This document shows, piece after piece, positions 25,882 to 41,432 of a DNA stretch of 64,000 bases (position 1 is the first letter of the stretch; the number at the start of each line of letters is the position of its first letter). A program made the translations under genes and the position numbers. Below the pieces are notes generated by a model. That model was given only the letters and a program-made list of their open reading frames with translations. It made no database searches and was not told the DNA's origin. The stretch lies in the NCBI RefSeq assembly GCF_009914755.1, contig NC_060925.1; one strand, given 5' to 3'. This DNA comes from the human T2T-CHM13v2.0 reference genome, Homo sapiens.

Positions 25882-27297
25882 GAACCCATTGGGTGATTAC
25901 AGAAGTAACTGTATTAATAAATACAGATCCTTCAGATTATAATGTATTTCAGTCTCATGTGCTAAATTATCTGAAACTGAGGATGAGTAGACACCCAGCA
26001 CTAAATGTATACTTCGCTAATATTAACCACAAATATTATATGGTTTAATTCAGAAAGTCTGGTTTTCCCTATCATTTCAATATTATCTCCTTTCTCTCAT
26101 TCCTCCTCCTAACCAATTTAGCCATTAGGATTTATCAATTGAGTAGTCTTACTCCAGACATAAACTCAGGAGATTGTGCTGTTCATATGTATCCTATGTG
26201 ATTGACACCTACAGAGCACAATTACAGCATAAATAATGCCCATAAAATTGTGCAATGCAGTATCCCATGTTATAATCTAAAGAAAGTTTCTTAATACAGT
26301 TCAAAGATGTTTAGTTTATTGCAAAGGGTAAGTGAGTTTTCATAGGTGATAACACAAATACATCATGCTCTTATTCTTATTTCTGGCAAAAGAAAGCATG
26401 AAAGGATTTTCCAGAAATTATCCACAGGGATATAAAACTGCTGATAATATTAACTGTAAGGAATACAGATTTAAAAAAAATTTAGGGATGAGAAACTTCC
26501 CTTTACTATATTTTAGAAATGTTTTCCAATTCTCACCCTAAGTCTGAACTGTTCTGGTTCTGTCTCTGCATGTAAACTAGTTGCAAATAATTTTTGCAAA
26601 ATGAGTGCAGCACATTCCTTATCGTTTGCTGTAAGTACATAGTTGTTGAGTTGGGCAATTTATTGTTACATTACTTAGCAAAACCACATTTATTGCCTAT
26701 CTGAGATGAAAATCTACAGATAGTAGATTTAAAAATGGAATAGCTGGGTTAAAATTTTTGTATATTTTATTTAAAATTTTGATACATACTACTAAAATAT
26801 TTTCCCAAAAGCCTTCAACAAATTATATTTTACCAACATTGTAAGAGACTCTCCATTTTCTCATGTCCTTACAAATCTTTGATGTTATTAAAAATACAAT
26901 GTTTTTTCTAAATTGACTGGCAAATATTGGATGCTATTTATATGCTAATTTGTATTTCCTTGACTAGCTTAAGACTGAACCTCTTTTCATGTTTCTTGTC
27001 TGTGTTTGTGTTTCTTTTGTGGGTGGTCTATTTTTATCCTTTTTCATTTCAAAAGATGTTGTTAGTCTTCCTCTTTTTGACATAAGAAACACTAGATGTA
27101 TCAAATTTGGGAATGCCTTCCCTCTGCATGAGATACTTATTTTGATCATTTCAATGGTAATAAAATGGTAATTAAAGGTTCTAATGAGACATAGGCAGTT
27201 TGGATTAATTATCTTCATTTTAATTATAATGCTAACAGCTAGTCAAATATCACTTTTATTTTCTCACCCCTTCATCAGTCCAGGTATTCTCTGTCCT

Positions 27298-27438
27298 CTG
27301 CAAACTGGTGGTAATGTCCTTTGGTGATAGTTTTGCAAATATTGCGGTGGGTGAGGAAGTGAAACTTCCTGCAAACTGGTAGTAATCTCCTTTGGTGATA
27401 ACTTAGCAAATGTTGTGATGGTGGAGAAAGTAAACTAC
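27298..27438. repeat. Diverged two-copy tandem repeat, period 71 bp
   Basis: ctgcaaactggtggtaatgtcctttggtgata... at 27298 and ctgcaaactggtagtaatctcctttggtgata... at 27369. Confidence 0.9.
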
Positions 27439-28046
27439 TGTTTTTGTTTTTGTTAAATATCAAATGAAGACCCCATTATGATCCTTTAATTTTACTTATT
27501 TTGGTCTCTTAATATTTTCTAGATGCACAATAAGGAGTAAGTATGGTTTCTTATCAAAGAGGGCTTTACCAGGTGATTTGCAGACAATTAAGGTTTTTGC
27601 CTTTGAGGTCGGTATCTATCTTTCTCTGATAATGGCCTTTTATTGATTTTGGGATATCTTGTTTAATAAGAGCAGATAATAATCACATTCTATTAATCAT
27701 TTCAGCTTTTGTGAAAGAAAACTTCATTATGTGGTTTTTCTGATTCTCAGGCCATGTTTAGGAGATTTTCATAAGTCTGTCATCCCATTGCTTTTCTTGT
27801 ATACCAGGCTAGAAAATTTTTATAATATGATTTACAATTTTTTTCTATCTCTTCCTACTTCTTAATTCTGTGCTTTCTTTAACTGCAAAATTTTTAGTTT
27901 TACTCATCAATTCATAGAGCATTTAAGTAATTAGGCCTTTTGCCACATTGATAACAAACCAGATTTAGTCTTCACCAGGACCATAATTTGTTTTAAAACT
28001 GCAGTCCCATCAAACTGTAGTACTACTTTAATGAAGTTCATAGAAA

Positions 28047-29800
28047 TGTACCAGAATCCTTAGGATGTTGCTTCACCAGCTAGAAACCCCGTGGCCAGCA
28101 GCACCTCTGCTTGAGTTGCTTGCACCTGCTGGGCTCGTTCCACCTGCTTGGCTCAGTAGGCTGCAATTGGCTCATGCTACCAGCTCTATTCCACTCCTGC
28201 CAAGTGCAAGCCAGGCATGAAGTGGTGAGGGGTGTGTGAGTGAGCAAGCACACAGCGGGGCAGGCAGGTCCAGGCACTGACACAGGCACCAGCTCTGTAC
28301 AAGTCTGTGGCTAGACCAGATACACCACAACTGGCTTCCACAACTGGCACCAGTGTCTGGATGAGGCGAATGTAATGGCACCCAAAAGCTTGGAGATCCC
28401 AGGAACTGCAGAGCCCCAAAGAGGATGTTACAGCATATCCTAGCCCTACCTCAGGGAGCCCTCAGATCTAGGCTCCCAATAAGGCCACAGTTCTTCTCTC
28501 CTTCTTGTCATGCACAGAGCAGTGAACAAGGAGGTGAATTTTGGAGGGAATGTTTTAGCTCCTTTGTGTTACAGCTCTTTCAGTCATGCTGCCTCATTCT
28601 GGCCCACAGCTCATAGGCTGGCCTGGCCCCGCTGCTGCTTCCCATTGCATGGGATAGCTGCCTGTGCTGGTGGAGGGTGGGAGGGCTATAGTGTTACAGC
28701 AACTGTGGCTTGGGGAATCCTGAGGTCTGGACGCCCAGAAGGGTTGTCACTCTTTATTTCCACAGTCCGGGAGCATGTAACCACCCCCAGCTCAGTGAGG
28801 CAGCTAGGAACATGTTATAGCTCCTTTAGTTCCTGCTGTTTGATGGGTCCCAAGTTGTTGTCCCATGTCCAAGAAAAATGAGGATATGTGGAAAAGAAGA
28901 GGGTGAGCTAGGCAGAGAGGAACTTTATTAAGCAACAGAACAGCTCTCAGGAGACCCAAAGTGGGTAGCTTATTTCTGCAGGCAAGTCATCCTGACAAGT
29001 CTTGAGGAGACCCAAAGTGAGTAGCTCCTATCTGCAGGCAGGTTGTTCCAAAAAGTATGTGAATCTGGCTGAGTCTGGGGTTTTTATGTGCTCAGATGGG
29101 AGGAAGTGTGTCTGGCTAGTTCATGGGTGGCCACCAGTGGGCCAGGAAAAAAACCATAAGTTCTCACTCTGGGTTGTTGTCTCCACCCAGAACTGGCAGC
29201 CCGATCACAGGCATCGGGCTATCCCCGGCTTGAAGGTGGGATTTCACTGTATACCTGCCCCTTCCTGGCTAAAAACTTGCCCCCTGTCGACATCAACATG
29301 CCATCTGCTGCTCCCAGGCTGTCCACACTGAGGGGTGACTGCAGGCCATCACCAAGTCATCCTCAGCCCCCTTGAGATCCGTCACTGAGCTTGTAAGCAC
29401 CCAAAGTTCCACAGGGGTCTGAGATGGTGGGAGAGCTGAGGTGTCAGCGATGCCCCATGCATGTGCACACCCAGCTGAGTTGTAACAGTACCCAGGCTTT
29501 TCCACAGCTTTGCTCCACACCAGAGCAGGTGCTGGGAGCAGGAAGTGGCCAGGGAGTGGGAGTAGGCACTTCCAAGCCTGAGGGGGCAAGGGGCTTCCTG
29601 GGCCCTTGAGAGCGCAGGGATGTCCAGAGCCATGGCTGGGCTGCAGCTGTGCCCAGGAACATTGGGCTCCCACCCCACCAACTGGGTAAGGGGTGGGCTC
29701 CCATCTGTTCCCGGCCCCCATCGGCTCCACAGCCCAACTGTGATTCCCCACTGTAGCTGGCATACTCACAGCAGCTGCTCCAGAAGAGCCACCGCCATCA
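28047..29800 (-). mobile_element. MER52 (MER52A-size) ERV1 solo LTR
   Basis: Reverse-complement ends tgatggcggtggctcttctggagcagctgc and gtttctagctggtgaagcaacatcctaaggattctggtaca; GC-rich; source of all ORFs in 28080-29805. Confidence 0.88.
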
Positions 29801-30134
29801 TCTGAAAGACATTCTAAACATGAAGCTAGATTAGGAAGTATGATATATGCTGAAGTTTATTTTGTCTCTAATTATCCAAATAAAGTTATTTTTTTAATTT
29901 GAAAAATTATTTACAGACAAAATAAAAGGGTTATTTTGAGCATAATTACATATTTTCTTTAAAAATTGTCTTGTCTTGAGTAGGTTATATAATGCTTTTT
30001 AGTTGTTCTTAATTTATTAGTAAGAATACTTGCTCTGAAGTCTTCTTTTTGACACTATTTCACATTTTTTATAGAAGCCTGGATTAGAACCAATTCACCA
30101 TTTATAGAGTGAGTGATTGATTTGAAGACTAAAA

Positions 30135-30315
30135 ATCATTGTTTAACGAGCATTTGCTTTATAATAGTCACTCTGCTAAATACTTTTGTACATAATGTTC
30201 CTGAATCCTTGCAGAAACCCCATGGAGTACATATTATTATTTCTGTCCTACAGATGAAGAAACTAAGGTACAGGGAAGTAAAATTGCTTGCTATGGTCTC
30301 ATAGCTAATAAAGAG
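30135..30315 (-). mobile_element. MIR SINE
   Basis: ctacagatgaagaaactaaggtacagggaagtaaaattgcttg core. Confidence 0.8.
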
Positions 30316-32170
30316 TTTCTCCATTTGATTTCCATTCTTTTTTTCTTTACTGGCGGGTATTATTTCTTCCTGGCTTAGAAGAACTATAATAGACATATGC
30401 TATGACAAAAGAGATCCTCTTGTATTCAGGTGGTCTCAATTTTCTCCATCTTCCAAATTAGAAACACCATTTATGGTTTATATCAAATTAGACTTTTTTA
30501 ATGGTAAAAAGTGCTATTTGCTCTAGCATAATCTATATTATTTACCTAAACTTTTGTGTAAGTAATGTCTATCAGACAATCACTGATAGACATTCCTATC
30601 TATATATAAAGTTAAAAGGTAAATTACTTAAATTAGAAAATAATATCAGTTTTTTAAAATTTTAATGATATGATGTGTGATATAATATAATGCATGCTAT
30701 TTATAAACAGTATTTATAACAATACATAATATATGTCTTATATAACTATAAATAAAATGTAAAGTTTAAACATTGTATATATGTCAAATATACATATTAT
30801 ATTTTAACAAAAGTCTATGCTTCATTCTATATACTGTATTTTAAAAGTATTGAGGTAAAAACATCAGAAATTAATTTCTTGCTAAATTATATATTTTTGT
30901 GTTGGAGATACCTATCACTTTCTCTGTTTCTTATGAAGATTCTTTTTAAAATATTTTAAATGATTTGCCATGAGACACAGGTGATCTATATCAGAGTGGA
31001 ACAAAGGATTATTTCTTTGACAATTGAATGGCTTAGAAAGTAGCAGGAGTTTAGATCACCAATCTCCAGAGCAAAAAGACAATACAATTTTGTTACTAAT
31101 ATTGAGCGTGTTCATAGTGTAGGCCTTTCCAACCATCACCATAAATGATCCACAGTAAGAGAAAGAAGATAGGAAGAAAGGCAGAAAAAAATATGTTTTT
31201 TGGAAAAATAAAATAATGAGTGATTTTTTTTTTTACTGGAATATGGGTTTACGTGTTGAAAGGATTTTTAAAGTTCTCAAATGTAGCATTTTATTGTTCC
31301 AGAGATTTCTATTCTGTATAAATAATTTACATACACTCTGTAAAAATATATTGGCTGCATACTTACAACAGAAACTGTTTTAGTGGTTTATTTTAGAGTT
31401 GAATCTTTATTTATTTATATTTTTTGCTTTTATCCCTTTCTGGGGGAGATTTCATGCTTTCAGATTCACTTCTGAGGAAATTATGGTCACTTGCACAACA
31501 ATTTCTACCCTTTATATCCTCAGCCAATTCCTCCTGTTAATAAGAAATAAATCACAAATTTTATTTATTGTATTATATTGTTTGACTTCCTGTGATTAAA
31601 AAATCTTTCTATTAACGTAAGGTAGAGCATTTTGTTGGTCTTTGGCTTACTATATCAGAGTTCCGTCATGAAACCTTTGTAGTAAGTAGGTAAACAAGGG
31701 CATGTTAAATTATTTTACCAATTGAATGCATATATAACACTCAGTTTAATTCAGTAAGACATTAAATTGTTTTGGGGACTTCTAAGCATCTTCCCTTACA
31801 TTCTTCATGCTATATTTTATCAACCTTTTAGGTTTTACAGTATGCATATTTTGAATTTAATCAGCTTTACTTGATATACTTTACATACAATAGATTGTAA
31901 CAACAAAAGTGAACCATTTGATGACTTTTGACAGTTTTAAAACCACCTTCTCAGTCAAGACACAGAACATTTCCATCACTCTCAAAACATTTATTAAGTC
32001 CCATTATAGCAATCCCTTCCTCTGCTTGTGATGCAGACAACTGTTGATTTGCTTTATATCACTGTAGAATATGTAATGCTTTCTAGAATTTTATAAAAAT
32101 AAAACTATACAAGACACACTCTTTTGTGCCTGGGTTCTTTCACGCAGTGCTATTAAGATTCATCCACACT

Positions 32171-32476
32171 GGCCGGGTGTGGTGGCTCACGCCTGTAATC
32201 CCAGAACTTTGGGAGGCCGAGGCGGGTGGATCACGAGATCAGGAGATTGAGACCATCCTGGCTAACACGGTGAAAGCATGTCTTTACTAAAAATACAAAA
32301 AAATTAGCCAGGCGTGGTGGCGGGTCCCTGTAGTCCAGCTACTCAGGAGGCTGAGGCAGGAGAATGGTGTGAAGAGCTTGCAGTGAGCCAAGATCCCGCC
32401 ACAGCATTCCAGCCTGGGCAACAGAGTGAGACTCCATCTCAAAAAAAATAAAATAAAAATAAAGATAAAAAATAAA
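32171..32476 (+). mobile_element. AluY with short internal deletion
   Basis: gagaccatcctggctaacacggtg, ggagaatggtgtgaa, gagcttgcagtgagc; 16-bp TSD aagattcatccacact / aagattcatccgaact. Confidence 0.96.
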
Positions 32477-33997
32477 AAGATTCATCCGAACTGTATAACT
32501 TCGCACATATAAATAATGTTATTTTTGTATTGTTGAGTAATATTCCATTTTGTAGAGGTACCACATTTTGATTATCCTTCTACCTGTTTACGAACATTTG
32601 TATTCTTTTTAATTTGAGGGTTATTAATAATAAATTTTATAAATATTCCTGAACAAGAAGACATATTTTTATTTCTCTTAGGTAAATACATAGAGTGGAA
32701 TGTCTGGGTGTAAAAAAGGTATATGTCTAATTTTTTTTTTAAACTACCAAACAGTTTTCCAAAACAGTCATACCATTTTTAATTCCTATCAATAGTGTGG
32801 GGTAGATTGAAATGTGATATGAAATAGCAGTTCTCTTTACTTTATATCCTCACCAACACTTGTTATGCCAGTCTTTTTAATTTTAGTAATTTTAGTAAGT
32901 GTGTAATGTGTAGGCTACACTTACATGGTCAGTAAACACTAATGCTTAAAGGTTTGCGTATGTGTTTTTATGTATGTGCTTGTGTATTTGGAAAAAAAAG
33001 TGTACATAAAACTACTAAATTTAGTGATCATCATGTTCATATTGGAATATCTTTATTATTCTGTACATTAGCAACTGTTCAAATATTTATCCCATTTTTT
33101 ACTGGGTTGCTTTTTTCTTATTATTGAATCTGAGTGTTCTTTATATACCCTTAGACATAAGTTTGAGATTTGCATTTTTATTTTCTTAGTAGCAACTTTA
33201 AATAAATTTTCAATGTTAATGAAGTAAAACGTATTAAATTTTTAATTGTTTGTACTTTTTATGTCCTATTAAGAAAATATCTGCTTTGAATTGCAAAAAA
33301 AAATTTGTTTTATTTTATAATTAAAAATTTTAGATATTACATGTAAACATATAATGCTTTTGATTTGATATTTATCTTTGGATAAAATAAGGATTGATGT
33401 ACATTTTCAATATGGACATCCAGTGTCCTAATGCCCGTTATTGCAAAACTTTGTCTATACTAACTTAACATCCTATCCAAAATCAAACATAACAATTTGT
33501 ACACACAGACACATAGACACACACATCATTTTTCATTTATTAAAAATGATTTCCATCCTGATGATTTTTATGTCTGTTTTTACACTGTAATGGCAGTGTT
33601 TTTACTACTGTAGTTGTATATTTAGTCTGCAAACCTATAATTGTAATTCCTTCAACTTTGTTCTTCTCTTTTAAAACTACTTCAGTCATTCCAGATCACT
33701 TGCATTTATATACAAATTTTAAAATTACTTGTCCATTTATGTAGAAAATCTTTTGATATTTTAGTTAGGAATGCATAGCTTCTCTAGACCAAGTTAATAA
33801 AACTTGACATCTTAACTACACACAATATTTCAATCCACTAAAATGGTGTATTTATTTATTTTGATGTTTAAGTTCTCCCATCAATGTCCTTAAATGCTTA
33901 GTGACATTGTTTAGAACATATTTTGCTATGTTTATTCCTAAGAATTGTATGCTTGTTAGCCCTATTGCAAAGGTAAATACAAATGTAATGTTGTAAG

Positions 33998-34436
33998 TGT
34001 CTCACGTGTCCGTGTGAAGAGACCACCAAACAGGCTTTGTGTGAGCAACAAGGCTGTTTATTTCACCTGGGTGCACTGCAGGCAGGCTGAGTCTGAAAAG
34101 GGAGTCAGCGAAGGGAGATGGGATTATCATTAGTTCTTATTGGTTTTGGGAATCGGCTGTGGAGTTAGGAGCAATGTTTTGTGGGCAGGGGATGGATCTC
34201 ACACAGTACATTCTCAAGGGTGGGGAGAATTACAAAGAACCTTCTTAAGGGTGGGGGAGATTACAAAGTACATTGATCAGTTAGGGTGGGGCAGAAACAA
34301 ATCACAATGGTGGAATGTCATCAGTTAAGGCTATTTTCACTTCTTTTGTGAATTTTCAGTTGCTTCAGGCCACCTGGATGTACACATGCAGGTCAAAAGG
34401 AATATAATGGCTTAGCTTGGGCTCAGAGGCCTGACA
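33998..34436 (-). mobile_element. HERV-H solo LTR, LTR7B-type
   Basis: Reverse complement starts tgtcaggcctctgagcccaagctaagcc and ends ctcttcacacggacacgtgagaca; contains ccccacccttaagaagg/ccccacccttgagaatg repeats; perfect TSD gtaag (33993-33997, 34437-34441). Confidence 0.93.
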
Positions 34437-35445
34437 GTAAGATTCAGTTTTTTCAAATATTTGCTATTAATGTATAGAAATACATTATTTTTGTATATTA
34501 GACTTGGATCTTTCAACTTTACTAAATTTCTTTAGTAGTTTTTATACTTTTGTTGATTTCTTAGGATTTCATATTCAATAATCATTTCATTTGAAAATGT
34601 AGACAGTGTTAATTCTTTCTAATCTGAGTGACTTATTTTTTGTTTGCCTTATTGTTTTGGTTTGGTTCTTCAGTAAAAGATTTTTAAAAAGTGGTGAATT
34701 CAGGGATTCGGCCTTTTTTTTTTAAGATAGCGTTTAATATTTTACTCTTAAATATCTTGTCAACTGTAGGCTTTTCATGGATGCCCCTATCAAAGTAAGG
34801 GATGAGTTTTTAGATTTACTTCGCTGAGAGGTTTTTTAAAAAAATTATGAATAGGTGATGAATTTTGTTAAATTCTTTTCTCTTCATTAATAAAATTTAT
34901 CTTAAAATTTGACTTTTTTTGACATTGACAGGGAGGATTATATTGATTGAGATTCAGATGTTAAGCCAACCTTGTACTAATAAAAGATGCCGTAATTGGT
35001 TATGATGCCTTATCATTAGAAAATACTGCTTGGTTTCATTTATTAATATTTTGCAAATTTTTCGTCTATGTTCAGGGACAGCATTTTTAAAAGTTTTAGA
35101 TTTTTTTCTGAATTTGGTATTAGATGATGCTGATTTATCAAGCAGATGGAAAGTGTTCCCTTGCCATCTATTTTCTGATAGAGTTTACATAAATTTTGCA
35201 TTATCTCTTCTTTGAATGTGTAATTGAATTTGCCAGTGAAACAACCAAAACCTAGAGTTTTCTTGATTTGAAGAATTTTGTAAATGAATATAATTTCTTG
35301 ATTAGATGGTGAACTATATTATTTGTTACTTTATTTTGTGGCAATTTTGTAAACTTGTATTTTTCAAGAAAATTTTCTGTATCATCTAAGTTTTCAAATT
35401 TATTGGCAGAAAGTTGCTTTTAATAACCTTGTGGTATCTTTTTAC

Positions 35446-39655
<4,210 letters not shown>

Positions 39656-39830
39656 TATGGTACAGGCCTTACCTGGAAGTTACAAGCCTTCAATAGACTC
39701 TAGAATTCCAAAATTGTTGCATTGAACAGATTCTGACAGTGCACTTGTCTAGATAGTGTGTGTAGGTTTCTGGTGCTTCCTGCTTCCTACACTGTCATCC
39801 TGCCCAGAATCCTTCTTTTCTCTTGTTATC

Positions 39831-40127
39831 TTTTTTTTTTTTTTTTTGAGACGGAGTTTCGCTCTGACGCCCAGGCTGGAGTGCAATGGCGCCATCTCCG
39901 CTTGCTGCAAGCTCAGCCTCCAGGGTTCACACCATTCTCCTACCTCAGCCTCCCAAGCAGCGGGGACTGCAGGCGCCCGCCGCCACTCCTGGCTAATTTT
40001 TTGTATTTTAGTGGAGACGCGGTTTCATCATGTTAGCCAGGATGGTCTCGATCTCCTGACCTCGTGATACACCCACCTCGGCCTCCCAAAGTGCTGGGAT
40101 TACAGACGTGAGCCACCGCGCCTGGCA
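39831..40127 (-). mobile_element. AluY
   Basis: AluY diagnostics; TSD ttctcttgttatc (39818-39830) / ttctcttgttacc (40128-40140). Confidence 0.96.
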
Positions 40128-40984
40128 TTCTCTTGTTACCTTTTTAATCCCTGTCAGATCTGCAGTGGGACTATTTTATTCCTGATATTGATGATTTGTT
40201 GAATCTCTCCCCGTTTCCTTTTTATTCATCTAACAGAGGGTTTGTTAATTTTTAATTTTAAAAACCTAGATTTGGGCTTTGGTCATTTTTTCTATTGTCT
40301 GTTTTTTATTAATTTCTTCTTTGATGTTTATAATTTACTTTCCTCTACTTTGTTTTTTCAATATTTTACTTGCTTTTAGTTTAAAAATACATCATTTTAA
40401 AACATTTCTTATTTTCTAATATAAACATTTAAAAATATATGCTTTTTCTATGCATAGATTAGCTGCATTCCACACATTTTTACATGATGTATTTTCATTG
40501 TAATTCAATTCTAAATAATTTTCTATTTTTTTCTACTTTCCTCCACGAATATGAATCATTTAGAGATGTGATTAATTTCCATATATTTGGTCTTTTTCTA
40601 AATATTTTATTATTTTAATTTTTAGTTTAATTTCATTTTGGTTCTCTTTTCTATTTTGGTCTTTTAAAATTTGTTAAGACAGTTTATGGCCAGCTTGTAA
40701 ACTATATTGAAAATAATATGTATTCTGTTGTTGTTAAGGGTGGTCTGCTATAAATATCAAGTCTACCTAGTAGGGCTGTATCAGATATTCTTTCTCTTTA
40801 CTGATCATTTTTGTATTATTATTCTATCAGTGGTTGTTGAGAAGGATGCTAAAATGATATTTGTGAAATTCTTCGATTCTGTCTTCAATTCTGTAAATTT
40901 TTGCTTTGAATACTCAAATAACCCAAGGCCCTGTTATTAGGCAAAAGCACATTTAGGAATGTTATGTCTTCCTAATGAATTTGT

Positions 40985-41290
40985 GCTATTTATTTATTTA
41001 TTTATTGAGAGTGTCTTGCTCTGTTGCCAAGCCTGGAGTGCAGTGGTGCAGTCATAGCTCATTATAACCTCAGACTCTTGGGCTCAGGTCATCCTCCCAC
41101 CTCAGCTTTCTGAGCAGCTAGGACTATGGGCTCACACCACCATGCACATCTAATTTTTAAAGATTTGGCAGATATAGGGTCTTGCCATTTTGCACAGGCA
41201 GGTCTTGAACTCCCAGCCTCAAACAACCCTTCCATCTTGGCTTCGCAAAGCACTGGGATTAAAAGTGTGAGACAGCAAAGACTACACCTT
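40985..41290 (-). mobile_element. AluJ
   Basis: gtcatagctcattataacctcagactcttgggctcagg, AluJ-type and highly diverged. Confidence 0.9.
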
Positions 41291-41394
41291 TATTGTTACA
41301 AAAAATGTCTCTCATTTTTGAACAATCATCATTGTATTTGTATTTGAATTATTTAACTATTTAATTATTATTTAAATTAACTTGGCACTTAATT

Positions 41395-41432
41395 TAATTA
41401 CCAAACCCTCAATTACGTTTGCACCAACCAAT
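41395..41432. mobile_element. MADE1 (Mariner MITE), partial
   Basis: caattacgtttgcaccaacc matches the Hsmar1/MADE1 TIR. Confidence 0.6.

Larger units (their letters stand above)
31850..35445 (-). mobile_element. L1ME-type LINE-1, 3' part (host of an AluY and the LTR7B)
   Basis: L1ME 3' motif cagtcaagacacagaacatttccatcactctcaaaa followed by degraded antisense ORF2. Confidence 0.75.

Noticed and set aside
28080-29805. Overlapping ORFs on both strands in the GC-rich block
   Set aside because: Expected from the low stop frequency of the GC-rich MER52 LTR
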